From Pontibacterium sp. (GTDB lineage: Bacteria > Pseudomonadota > Gammaproteobacteria > Pseudomonadales > Balneatricaceae), in contig NZ_JBFGYC010000001.1 in assembly GCF_041587635.1 (NCBI RefSeq), forward strand, positions 1-38,974: a stretch of 38,974 nucleotides of DNA, in the 5' to 3' direction. The translations under genes were made by a program, and so were the position numbers. The notes beneath the pieces are model-generated. The model worked only from the letters and a program-made list of their open reading frames with translations. It ran no database searches and was not told the DNA's origin. Below, one piece after another: positions 1 to 8,013 of the stretch (positions are counted from its first letter, which is position 1; every line of letters starts with the position of its first letter).

Positions 1-24
1 GGCTTTATCTGGGTGGGGCGGACT

Positions 25-444
25 TTATTCTGAGAATTCTTTAATAGCGCCAGACTCATCAATATCAAATCTTACTGTTGCATATTCCGCATCATTACCA
101 TACGCATCAGCGCACCCGCTACGGCTGGAACTCAAAATAGAAAACACTGTGCGGCCTCTATCATCTGCGATTGTTTCAGATACAAAAACAACCTTCGCAT
201 CAGCGGGGATCTGAATTAGATCGTTAGAATTAAGGCTTCCTTTATTAGCATTTTCGTATCGCTCTGGCAGAATCTCGCTGATTCGAATAAATGCAACTTC
301 CGAACGATCAGAAGGGGAGATGCACTCTTCAGGCAAATCAATAAAAACCGAATCGCCCTGAAAGGTAACCCATTTCTGAGAGTCCATATTCTTCGTGCCA
401 CTGACTTTCATTTTATGAATATTCATTGCTATTTCCCTTTGCAT
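25..444 (-). CDS. Hypothetical protein under a KorC-type operator-promoter (start possibly at M8)
   Basis: 139 aa ORF directly downstream of the TTGTCA-17-TAATAT promoter; no family recognised. Confidence 0.7.
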   Translation of the reverse strand: MQREIAMNIHKMKVSGTKNMDSQKWVTFQGDSVFIDLPEECISPSDRSEVAFIRISEILPERYENANKGSLNSNDLIQIPADAKVVFVSETIADDRGRTVFSILSSSRSGCADAYGNDAEYATVRFDIDESGAIKEFSE

Positions 445-477
445 GTCGGCTGGGCCATTCCCTGAGCCGGTGAAACC

Positions 478-506
478 ATATTAGGACGAAACGTCCTAAT
501 TGACAA
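478..506 (-). promoter_or_regulatory. Sigma70 promoter with palindromic operator TTAGGACG-AAA-CGTCCTAA in the spacer
   Basis: Minus strand reads TTGTCA-17 nt-TAATAT; palindrome at 481-499; near-identical copy at 1454-1472. Confidence 0.8.
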
Positions 507-526
507 GCTTTATTTTAACGAATTCG

Positions 527-952
527 TTAATTCTTTAATTTATCTGCAATACTGTTTGGCACCCGCTCGCCCAGGGCACGCAACAAGCGGCTTGCTGCCT
601 CGTAATCCTTGGCTTGCAGATAGCCAGGGTCTGCCAGATCCTGGACGCAATTAAACCACTCACGAAACAGATCAGCATCCGCGCGCGACACCGACAACAG
701 CGCATCATCCGACTCAACCGCCTCACCTATGTGTTTCAGAAGATCCCACCACGGGCCAAACGGTATTTTATTCTCATCCCCAGCCCATCGCCGCACCTGG
801 CGACTGGATACACCAACCAGGCGGCCAGCGGCAGCGCCGGTTAACTCAGCCACCCGCAGCACTTCGCGCACTTCTTCAGCGGTCGGCTGAACCCATTCCC
901 CAGTTAAGCGGTGCTTTAACGTTTCTGGACGCACATTCAACATGCCTATCAC
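527..952 (-). CDS. korC: KorC-family HTH repressor with C-terminal extension
   Basis: NVRPETL..WVQPTAEEVREVLRVAELTGAAAGRLVGV..RQVRRWAGDENKIPFGPW parallels IncP-1 KorC (NIRLECL..WVQPTGAEIREVLHLAGLTG..RTVRRWVGEDSPIPYAAW). Confidence 0.8.
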   Translation of the reverse strand: MIGMLNVRPETLKHRLTGEWVQPTAEEVREVLRVAELTGAAAGRLVGVSSRQVRRWAGDENKIPFGPWWDLLKHIGEAVESDDALLSVSRADADLFREWFNCVQDLADPGYLQAKDYEAASRLLRALGERVPNSIADKLKN

Positions 953-958
953 TCCATT

Positions 959-985
959 AAAAACGCCAGGGCAAAGCCTGGCGTA
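959..985 (-). terminator. Rho-independent terminator between the 134 aa ORF and korC
   Basis: ACGCCAGG/CCTGGCGT stem followed by a T-run on the minus strand. Confidence 0.6.
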
Positions 986-994
986 TAGATCGGT

Positions 995-1399
995 TTAACT
1001 TGCCAGCTTCTGGCGGTACGCACAAAGGCTTACAACATTCTTCGGTAGGGCTGGCGCGGGATCGTCCACGACAGGGGCGCTATAACCTTCAGGCTTGGCC
1101 CAATCCAAAGCCACCTGGTACACCTCTTCAGACAGGTACGCCGTAAAGCTATCGCAAAAGTAATACGGCCCCTTTACCACCAAGCAATTATCATCAGCAT
1201 CAAAATAGACCCTGGCATCAGCGTAGTTGTCAGCATCCGCTAGCCAGGCTAAAACCTCTTCAGCCTTCACTATACGGTAGTTACAATCAAAGCTGTCATC
1301 GATGCGCGATTGAGGGAAGTTGCCAATAATGCCCACTGACTGACCCAGCAGGGAGGTGATTTTCTTTTTAGCGTTTTTGCGGATTTTTTCGTAAGCCAT
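995..1399 (-). CDS. Hypothetical protein under a KorC-type operator-promoter
   Basis: 134 aa ORF downstream of the TTGCAG-17-TACTAT promoter; C-terminal NVVSLCAYRQK tail. Confidence 0.75.
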   Translation of the reverse strand: MAYEKIRKNAKKKITSLLGQSVGIIGNFPQSRIDDSFDCNYRIVKAEEVLAWLADADNYADARVYFDADDNCLVVKGPYYFCDSFTAYLSEEVYQVALDWAKPEGYSAPVVDDPAPALPKNVVSLCAYRQKLAS

Positions 1400-1450
1400 C
1401 GGATATTCCCCGGTCTGACCTGAGCATTGTTGCCCGGCCTTATGGGATAC

Positions 1451-1479
1451 ATAGTAGGACGAAACGTCCTACCCTGCAA
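1451..1479 (-). promoter_or_regulatory. Second promoter with operator GTAGGACG-AAA-CGTCCTAC
   Basis: Minus strand TTGCAG-17 nt-TACTAT; part of a ~48 bp direct repeat with 482-529. Confidence 0.8.
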
Positions 1480-1521
1480 GCTTTATTTTAACGAATTCGT
1501 TATTTCGTTAATTAACGCATG

Positions 1522-1543
1522 AAAGGCCACCCGAAGGCGGCCT
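1522..1543 (-). terminator. Terminator after rha
   Basis: GGCCGCC-TTCG-GGTGGCC-TTTC on the minus strand. Confidence 0.6.
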
Positions 1544-1550
1544 GGTAGTA

Positions 1551-2423
1551 TTACAGACTGGTGACGTTTACGACCGTATCCGTTTTGATGATGGCGCGCA
1601 GGGTTGATAGTTGCTGCTCCTGCAGGCGCAGCAGGTTAACCGCTGCACACCATTCCAGGTACGGGGCTTCGACCGTCTGCAGGGCAACAGGTTGTCCAGC
1701 AGTAGCGGCGGATCTCAATTGGCGCAACAGTTGGCCCATAACGTTACCGTCAGGGTTTAGGAGGGATTCAGGACGCACCTCTATCATTCCGGTACGCGGG
1801 GCGGGTAGATCGATCTGTATCGCATCCAGGGGCGGACAGACTGCAGGCGGGACGGGCAGTACTGGGCCGGTGGCTTTCTGGTGCAGATCTTCCAGCAGCT
1901 CCACCGCGTCCTGGTAACACTGGGCGGATATATCGGTATAGCGGGAAACCTCAAAGGCGACATGCAGCTGACGATAGACCGCCGCAAACGTACGGGGCCT
2001 GTCCTCTTCTGGCTCACGCATGGCGATCCTGGACACTAACGACCGCAGATAGGCGGCTTGTTGCTCACTGATCGGCGGATCTGCTGGCAACCGGCGCGCC
2101 AACTTATCGGCCATCCAGTCGAAGGCTTCAATATACGCCTCTTTGAACTGCATCGCTTTTTTGCCAGTGAAACCCATGACCAGGATAACAAACCCGTTTT
2201 TGGTCATTTCGTAGGCTGGGCGCTTTTCGCCTTTGCCGTCAGAATAAGCAACGCCCGTAAAATTGCGGGCGTTAAATTCAGCGGAACACTCAAGCCCTCG
2301 AATTTTTCTTAAAACGTCATCGTGACGCTTGCCGAATACTTCAGCGACTTTCAGAGAGGTGGTTACGATCCGGTCATCATGGATGGTGATTACATCGATA
2401 GGATTAATCGGTTGTGCGGTCAT
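1551..2423 (-). CDS. rha: Rha family phage regulatory/antirepressor protein with ORF6C-like C-terminal region
   Basis: VTTSLKVAEVFGKRHDDVLRKI..YEMTKNGFVILVMGFTGKKAMQFKEAYIEAF is the Rha signature. Confidence 0.9.
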   Translation of the reverse strand: MTAQPINPIDVITIHDDRIVTTSLKVAEVFGKRHDDVLRKIRGLECSAEFNARNFTGVAYSDGKGEKRPAYEMTKNGFVILVMGFTGKKAMQFKEAYIEAFDWMADKLARRLPADPPISEQQAAYLRSLVSRIAMREPEEDRPRTFAAVYRQLHVAFEVSRYTDISAQCYQDAVELLEDLHQKATGPVLPVPPAVCPPLDAIQIDLPAPRTGMIEVRPESLLNPDGNVMGQLLRQLRSAATAGQPVALQTVEAPYLEWCAAVNLLRLQEQQLSTLRAIIKTDTVVNVTSL

Positions 2424-2524
2424 AGCTAATATTCCTGTGCCGACTCACATGCAAGTGAGTTACTACCGTGTACACAGTCTTGCGCATACGGTCATTTACG
2501 CCCCCAGCCCGGTGTCAATCGGAT

Positions 2525-2605
2525 TGGTGGCAGGCTGAACGAGGTTGACACTACCGGCAGGAACCACCGGCCACGCACAAGGCGTGCCTCACCCAGCCCG
2601 CCATA
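2525..2605 (-). ncRNA. C4-type antisense RNA (P1 c4 / P4 CI-like) upstream of rha
   Basis: Closing stem TGGCGGGCTGGGTGAGG/CCTCGTTCAGCCTGCCA ending in CCA; internal TTCCTG and GTGTCAA are complementary to CAGGAA and TTGACAC copies both upstream and downstream. Confidence 0.75.
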
Positions 2606-2700
2606 AAGCGCAGGCACAAAAAAACACGCAGGCGCGTGTCTGGGCCATTCCTGTTATCCGAGGTGTCAATCCCGACGCTGAATTGTGTCAGCGCAAGAAT

Positions 2701-2730
2701 AGGTTAACGCCAGTTATTATCTGACGTCAA
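2701..2730 (-). promoter_or_regulatory. Putative promoter of the c4-rha transcript
   Basis: TTGACG-18 nt-TAACCT on the minus strand. Confidence 0.5.
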
Positions 2731-2774
2731 GCACCCCGAATAACAGGATAAATATTACCACGATTTAAGAACAA

Positions 2775-2791
2775 TTACACATTTAGTGTAA
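2775..2791. promoter_or_regulatory. Palindromic operator TTACAC-ATTTA-GTGTAA
   Basis: Same ACAC-N5-GTGT motif as in the cI/cro intergenic region. Confidence 0.7.
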
Positions 2792-2795
2792 AGCT

Positions 2796-3110
2796 CTAAG
2801 CCTGGCCCTCTTCCGCAATCTGGCTTTCTTTTACGCTCTTAGCAAGGGCTTTAGACAGGATCTCAATCAATCCTGGGAATGCATCAGCATCAAAGCTCAT
2901 TTCTGTTTTGAACTCATGATGCCCCCACTGGTTTTTACCGAAAGCCTTTCCCTCTTCGGTTAACTCTCTAAACCATTTCTGCTGGCCGCTACCCGTTGAT
3001 GATTCGTAATATGAAATCTTCGACAAGCCAGAGTAATCCATAAGCTGGAAAGCAGACGAGGCAGACAGGGGGATATTGTTTTTCTTCAGCAATGCGGTCA
3101 TTGAACTCAT
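2796..3110 (-). CDS. Small protein resembling the C-terminal domain of phage antirepressor/Rha-type proteins
   Basis: SMTALLKK..SA..F..M...G..SS.G..K.F.ELTEEGKAFGKN pattern recalled from antirepressor C-termini. Confidence 0.55.
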   Translation of the reverse strand: MSSMTALLKKNNIPLSASSAFQLMDYSGLSKISYYESSTGSGQQKWFRELTEEGKAFGKNQWGHHEFKTEMSFDADAFPGLIEILSKALAKSVKESQIAEEGQA

Positions 3111-3253
3111 TACACTATTCCTTGTTTAGCAGATCCTTAGAGAACCGGAATGGTGCCAAACAATTGCACAAGTGTCATTGATCAAATTGATTGTTGTGAC
3201 GGGTCACATTTAAAGAAAATTAACCCGAAACGGCAGAATATCCCTTTTAAACC

Positions 3254-3282
3254 TTGCCTCTCTTACACTCTGCGTGTAAATT
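3254..3282 (+). promoter_or_regulatory. Promoter of the NYN gene with an ACAC-N5-GTGT operator in the spacer
   Basis: TTGCCT(3254-3259)-17-TAAATT(3277-3282); TTACAC-TCTGC-GTGTAA at 3263-3279. Confidence 0.65.
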
Positions 3283-3289
3283 TAACTCA

Positions 3290-3362
3290 CAACTCACCCT
3301 AGGCGGCTGTGATTAAGTTCACTTCAGACTAGGGCGAAGAAACCGCCTCCGGGCGGTTTTTT
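3290..3362 (+). ncRNA. Structured leader RNA ending in a terminator upstream of NYN
   Basis: CCCTAG/CTAGGG stem with inner GTGA-TTAAGT-TCAC hairpin, then AAACCGCC-TCCG-GGCGGTTTTTT terminator. Confidence 0.55.
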
Positions 3363-3392
3363 CATTTCTGGGCCAAGGAAGGAGCGCGGCAC

Positions 3393-4067
3393 TTGAGAAC
3401 GACCGTTTATATCGATGGCTACAACCTGTTTTATGGCTGTCTCAAACATTCCGGCTACAAGTGGCTAGACCTGCACAAGCTGTTTTCCCTTCTCCTGAAT
3501 GACCAAAATCCCGCATTACAGCTGCATAAAATCAATTTCTTTACCGCAGAAATAAAAACCAAGTTCGCCACGCGCGGGACCGCTGCAGCTAATGCCCAGG
3601 ACAACTACCATCGGGCGCTCACCACGCTATATCCTGATCACATTGAGATCATCAAAGGGCGCTATGCAGACTCCAAGGCGCATCTTCCTGTTTACCAAAA
3701 GCCGCCCAACAAGCGAGAAACCACCGCTGTCTGGAAGCTGGAAGAAAAGGAAACGGATGTAAACATAGCTCTGACCATGTACAGGAATGCAGTTCAGGGC
3801 GCTACTGACTGTGTTGTTTTGGTAACAAATGATTCAGACCTGGCCCCTGCCTTAAAAGCGATCAAAGCCGATTGCCCTGGCGTTCAAATTGGCGTGATTT
3901 CGCCGATCAGATCCCAAGACAACACCGAACGACCGCCGAGCGGATCCCTTGAGAAAATGGCGGACTGGTGCCGAACAGTGATCAGAAGCAACGAACTTGA
4001 AGTTTCATTGCTCCCACGCCAGATCCCGACCCGCCGAAAGCCGATAAAGCGCCCTGACTATTGGTGA
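3393..4067 (+). CDS. NYN (PIN-like, LabA/DUF88) domain ribonuclease
   Basis: VYIDGYNLFYG, EEKETDVNIA and VLVTNDSDLAPAL acidic catalytic motifs; TTG start after AAGGAG. Confidence 0.9.
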   Translation: MRTTVYIDGYNLFYGCLKHSGYKWLDLHKLFSLLLNDQNPALQLHKINFFTAEIKTKFATRGTAAANAQDNYHRALTTLYPDHIEIIKGRYADSKAHLPVYQKPPNKRETTAVWKLEEKETDVNIALTMYRNAVQGATDCVVLVTNDSDLAPALKAIKADCPGVQIGVISPIRSQDNTERPPSGSLEKMADWCRTVIRSNELEVSLLPRQIPTRRKPIKRPDYW

Positions 4068-4179
4068 TCAGGCAAATTAGGGATAAAGCCTCTTGCTGGA
4101 CGCCTTCAATAACCCTGATCTGCCTGACCACTCTCCAAGCTTACCCAATCTAAATACCAATTAAAGCAACAATTCTGTC

Positions 4180-4560
4180 AAGTGAACCGTGGAATACCGG
4201 AGCCGCGAAGCGGTGAGGATATGCCGCGAAAGTCACTTTACTGAATTTTTGTTTTCATACGCTTGGCTCAGGTGCTTGTGTCGGACGGAGTCCGTGCCAA
4301 GCTCCTGAGGCTCAAACGCGACCGTTTGTAGGGGAAGCTTGAAGGGGACTAGTTCCCTTCATATAAAAAGCTTCTCTGCTTGCAGAGGCATTAATAAAGC
4401 CAGGCGTGAGCGACGGGCTAGATTAAATATATTAGAGGATAAATATAGATTCACAGTCTGCAGTTAATAGTTTCTCTGCGCTACTTAAAAGATTAATAAA
4501 AACACTTAAATTTTTATTATGGGCGCGCATACCCTGAATCGATAATCTACTTTGGCGGGG
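4180..4560. other. Putative replication origin region downstream of rep
   Basis: ORF-free; hairpins at 4267-4309 and 4341-4360; AT-rich tract at ~4420-4520; IncFII-type origins lie downstream of repA. Confidence 0.5.
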
Positions 4561-4682
4561 CTGGGTTTATATGTGGTTGAGGCTGATTTACCGCTCAATA
4601 ACGCGGTTATAGCTGAATTAGAGGCAAGCGGAAGCGCCCGGCGGGTGCCAGGTTATTAGAGAGGAGGGGGATAGCCTTGCGG

Positions 4683-5705
4683 CTAGGTTCGTTGTCGCTG
4701 CAGACGAATCCAATCGTCCAAAGAAGGGAATTCTTCGCGTAACTGGGCGGTGATCTCGCTGGCGGCCTTCTTCGGGTGAGCGGCTTTCAGCTGCACCAGA
4801 GCTTCCAGGCGCGCGCGGTTGTATTTTACTTCTAACCCAGTACGTTCGGTGGTTTTAACGGGCTTAGGGGCTGGTGTAGCGCCAGGCTTAGGATAAGCGC
4901 CGGTCAGAGCCTGCTTTAAACGCAGACGCTCACGGGCGGCCTGGGCTTCATCTTCAATAGTCGGGTTGTATTTAGCGTTATAGATGGCTTCACGGGCAGT
5001 CTTGGCGGAAGACCTGTCCTTCCTGAATTTTTCCAGACTTTTTTCACTAATCGCGCCCAGGGACAGCAGAAAATCACGGCTTACAGACTTGATTGCTGGG
5101 CGGGCACGGTATTTGAGCTTACGGCTGCCGTCGGCGGCGCGCTCATATTCACCAGGGATAATTTCATACTGCTGGTGCAGCTCCACAAACCCCGCACGCT
5201 GCAGGTTTTTGATATGACGCCAGGCGCGGGCGGATACAACGCAGTCTGACGCCGGATCATCGCTCAACGCCTGGTCTTTGCGCAGCAAACCCGCCGCACG
5301 GGCGATCTCTTCACAAGAACGGTGCAGAAACTTCCCGTTATCCAGCGGAGTACCAACCAAGAGGGTCGCAAATTCGGTCATCGACAGAATAGCCTTAATC
5401 AGCAGCGTCTGCGCTTCACGGGCTTCTGATCGGTTTTGGCGCGGGCTGCCGTCAGCGTTAAGACTGCCGCTCAAATAGGCCAGCGTGGGAATGCGGGCAG
5501 GCTCCCAATAATATTGGTCCACGGCATCAATCAGCTTTTGCTGCTGCAGCGGGTATTTTTTGCCTGTTTTAAGCTTGGGGCTGTAGCGATCAAACTGCGG
5601 CTCTGCCGGGTTATGACCACATCGGTTACCTGTTCCCAGAAACACACCTGGGTACTGGTAATCCGCCCGCCCGTGCTTGTGCATCTGGGGCGTTAAACTG
5701 CTCAC
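4683..5705 (-). CDS. repA: Plasmid replication initiator, IncFII-RepA-like winged helix
   Basis: QNRSEAREA..LVGTP..EEIARAAGL..RAWRHIKNLQRAGFV..AIKSVSRDFLLSLG pattern; upstream antisense control RNA; GTG start with AAGGA. Confidence 0.7.
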   Translation of the reverse strand: MSSLTPQMHKHGRADYQYPGVFLGTGNRCGHNPAEPQFDRYSPKLKTGKKYPLQQQKLIDAVDQYYWEPARIPTLAYLSGSLNADGSPRQNRSEAREAQTLLIKAILSMTEFATLLVGTPLDNGKFLHRSCEEIARAAGLLRKDQALSDDPASDCVVSARAWRHIKNLQRAGFVELHQQYEIIPGEYERAADGSRKLKYRARPAIKSVSRDFLLSLGAISEKSLEKFRKDRSSAKTAREAIYNAKYNPTIEDEAQAARERLRLKQALTGAYPKPGATPAPKPVKTTERTGLEVKYNRARLEALVQLKAAHPKKAASEITAQLREEFPSLDDWIRLQRQRT

Positions 5706-5725
5706 GCAAATTGTCCTTATAGGGC

Positions 5726-5754
5726 TTGCTTACGCGAGATTCAACGATTAGACT
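5726..5754 (+). promoter_or_regulatory. Promoter of the antisense copy-control RNA
   Basis: TTGCTT-17 nt-TAGACT, firing opposite to rep. Confidence 0.7.
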
Positions 5755-5760
5755 AACGGA

Positions 5761-5837
5761 ACTGATTGGTTTCCAGCGTCTTTTTTTCGTTGAAACTCTT
5801 TCGGAAACCCGACTCGCCAAAAGTCGGGTTTTCTTTT
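5761..5837 (+). ncRNA. CopA/Inc-like antisense RNA controlling rep
   Basis: AAACCCGACT-CGCCAAA-AGTCGGGTTT hairpin plus T-rich tail; CGCCAA is the loop motif of IncFII CopA; antisense to the rep leader. Confidence 0.7.
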
Positions 5838-5935
5838 ATATAAGCCTTTGAATTCTTTAGAATTTCCTTCCTGCAACCGCTTTTACTTCACCAAGCCGCC
5901 GCGCGAAAACCAAATATACCACGCATTTTTTGTTT

Positions 5936-5952
5936 TTACACCTTTTGTGTAC
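5936..5952. promoter_or_regulatory. ACAC-N5-GTGT operator upstream of rep
   Basis: TTACAC-CTTTT-GTGTAC. Confidence 0.65.
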
Positions 5953-5968
5953 TAATTCTTATAAGGTG

Positions 5969-6187
5969 TTATTTTGCGGGTGTCTGCGTGGGAATCTCGT
6001 CACGCATGTGTTCTACGGCTTCACGCACCTGGTTCAGCATTAGCAACATGCCGGGGTCAATATCCTCGTCATTGTCACAGGTACGGCATAGAAAACGCAT
6101 GATCTGAGCGGTTTTTTCTGCCGTATCAGCTGTATTAATACAGATTAGGGAATGGGTTGCAAATTTAGCGGAAGGCTCTGCGAGCAT
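5969..6187 (-). CDS. Small SOS-regulated protein, candidate antirepressor
   Basis: 72 aa, RBS AGAGGA, canonical LexA box ~60 bp upstream. Confidence 0.65.
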   Translation of the reverse strand: MLAEPSAKFATHSLICINTADTAEKTAQIMRFLCRTCDNDEDIDPGMLLMLNQVREAVEHMRDEIPTQTPAK

Positions 6188-6245
6188 TTTAAACGTCCTC
6201 TCTATTCCTTGGCCTTGTCCATGTACCGGCCTATTATCCTCAATG

Positions 6246-6261
6246 CTGTATAAATATACAG
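6246..6261. promoter_or_regulatory. LexA (SOS) box
   Basis: CTGTATAAATATACAG, a near-consensus CTG-N10-CAG. Confidence 0.85.
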
Positions 6262-6374
6262 CCTTTTTGAGCGCATCAAAGCGGCGCGTATTGTGCCGGA
6301 ATGCATAGCGCGCGATCTATACCCAAAATCAGGTAAAATGATCAATCAACAAATAGCCGAAATGAAGTACCTCT

Positions 6375-7004
6375 ATGAATGTGCTGATAGCGGATGGTCA
6401 TCCAGTCAGCCACAAAGGATTGCGGCGACAAGTACAGCGTTGTTTTATGGGGCCGGATATCCGCGCCGCCACAGACCTCAGCAGCGCCCTAAACGAACTA
6501 GAAACCCATTACATTGATATTGTTATCACAGACCTGAACATGCGGGACAGCCACGGCCTGCACGGCCTGCAGCAACTGTGCCTGCATACCCATGAACAGG
6601 GCGGCGTTGTGCTGCTCTACACGGCCAAGCTGTACAGCCAGACGCTATTAAGAGAGGCGCAGCGGCTGGGCGTTGCGGGCTACCTCAGCAAAGCGGAAAC
6701 GCTGGAACGGCTACGGAATACGTTGCGCGGGCTTCGGTTTTCACCGCAATACCCCGATTTAGTGATAGACCCCACGCCCGATGATGAAACACGGGTGGGC
6801 AGCCTCACGCCCTCGGAAAACCAAATACTGCATAACTTGGTGGATGGCCTAACCCTGGGAGAAGTTGCGAGTCTACGCCAGCGGTCGTTACACACTGTGC
6901 AAGAACAGGTAAAAGCCATCCGGCGAAAGCTGGGAACAGGGGCGCTACGTGACGCCCTGGTTATGTATGTGCGGGTGCGCAGCCGGTTAGGGCAGCGGTT
7001 TTAG
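6375..7004 (+). CDS. Orphan response regulator, REC + LuxR HTH (RcsB/NarL family)
   Basis: MNVLIADGHP, DIVITDLNM (phospho-acceptor Asp), YLSK, and LTPSENQILHNLVDGLTLGEVA..TV..Q...IRRKLG. Confidence 0.88.
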   Translation: MNVLIADGHPVSHKGLRRQVQRCFMGPDIRAATDLSSALNELETHYIDIVITDLNMRDSHGLHGLQQLCLHTHEQGGVVLLYTAKLYSQTLLREAQRLGVAGYLSKAETLERLRNTLRGLRFSPQYPDLVIDPTPDDETRVGSLTPSENQILHNLVDGLTLGEVASLRQRSLHTVQEQVKAIRRKLGTGALRDALVMYVRVRSRLGQRF

Positions 7005-7972
7005 CCTGGCGTTAAGAGCTGGACCGTTGTATTGCCAATTTCGCCGCTACGGATTGTATGGGTGACCTGATCGGCCAGCCAGGCACCATTGGCGGACGCT
7101 TTATGGTTCACCAGGTTCACCGTGCAGTCAGGCACAATCTCAGCGGCCAGCGGGCGATCCAGGTCCAAGGTGCGCTTACCGCGCTGCAGCTGCCCAAGCT
7201 TTGAACGGGCGGCAGCCGTGGCGGTAGCCGCATCCGAGTACTGGCCGCGCATGGTATACACAGGCGCACCCTCGCCCGCCGTCACCGACACTTTCTTTTG
7301 CGCGCTTTCATCAAACCATTGCGCCACGACCGACTGATAATCATCCCGTTCCTGGATGGCAACACGGCCCTTGCTGTTTTGCGGGTCTGCAATGGTGATC
7401 ACTGGCAGCGCCTGGCCGCTCACACTGCGAGACTCGCCGCGTTTTACGACGATCAAATGATCCGCCACGGGCTTAACGATCGCGCCCAGATCCCGCGCCA
7501 GACGGGTTAACAGACTCATGTCGCTTTCTGCATTCTGGTCGATATGCTCAAACCGATGCGCAGCAAAATCAGCGGACACTTTCGGGGTGTAGCCGTGGCG
7601 TTGTGCTATTTGATCAACCAGGGCCTGCAGGGTGATTTTGTCATAAGAGGCGTTACGGGGAGCCTTAAGCGAGCCTTTCATTTTCGCGGCCTTGCCGTGA
7701 ATCGTGAGCACATCCTCTTCCAGCGGCTCCTCTAACTCACTGACCTGATAATTACCCTTAAACACCAGGCTTTCACCCATGCCTATCCATACCTGCAGGG
7801 CAGCCCCGGTAGCAGGCAATGGCAAACGCTGATCACGGTTATCCAGCTCCAGGGTCATCGTATCCGATGCCTCGCCGGGGGCGTCCGTCACCGACAGCGA
7901 GATAAAGCGATCACGGATCAGGCCGGTAATGTCTTCGCCGTCCGCCACAATTTTGTAATTTGCTTGTTCCAT
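7001..7972 (-). CDS. Baseplate hub / late control protein D (P2 gpD-like)
   Basis: DITGLIRDRFISLSVTD..SD..LELD; HIDQNAESDMSLLTRLA. Confidence 0.9.
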   Translation of the reverse strand: MEQANYKIVADGEDITGLIRDRFISLSVTDAPGEASDTMTLELDNRDQRLPLPATGAALQVWIGMGESLVFKGNYQVSELEEPLEEDVLTIHGKAAKMKGSLKAPRNASYDKITLQALVDQIAQRHGYTPKVSADFAAHRFEHIDQNAESDMSLLTRLARDLGAIVKPVADHLIVVKRGESRSVSGQALPVITIADPQNSKGRVAIQERDDYQSVVAQWFDESAQKKVSVTAGEGAPVYTMRGQYSDAATATAAARSKLGQLQRGKRTLDLDRPLAAEIVPDCTVNLVNHKASANGAWLADQVTHTIRSGEIGNTTVQLLTPG

Positions 7973-7986
7973 TTTGCGCTCTTTAT

Positions 7987-8010
7987 TTCGTTAAATCGTT
8001 AAATCGTTAA
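7987..8010. repeat. Tandem (T/A)TCGTTAA octamer array (parS-like)
   Basis: TTCGTTAA ATCGTTAA ATCGTTAA, intergenic. Confidence 0.7.
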
Positions 8011-8013
8011 CGC

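Noticed and set aside
2525-2605. tRNA gene
   Set aside because: It ends in CCA but has no T-loop or anticodon arm consensus; it fits a C4-type RNA
5626-5820. Tap/RepY-like leader peptide for rep
   Set aside because: Its TTG start lies within the hairpin loop with no clear RBS, and it overlaps rep by 80 nt; not supportable
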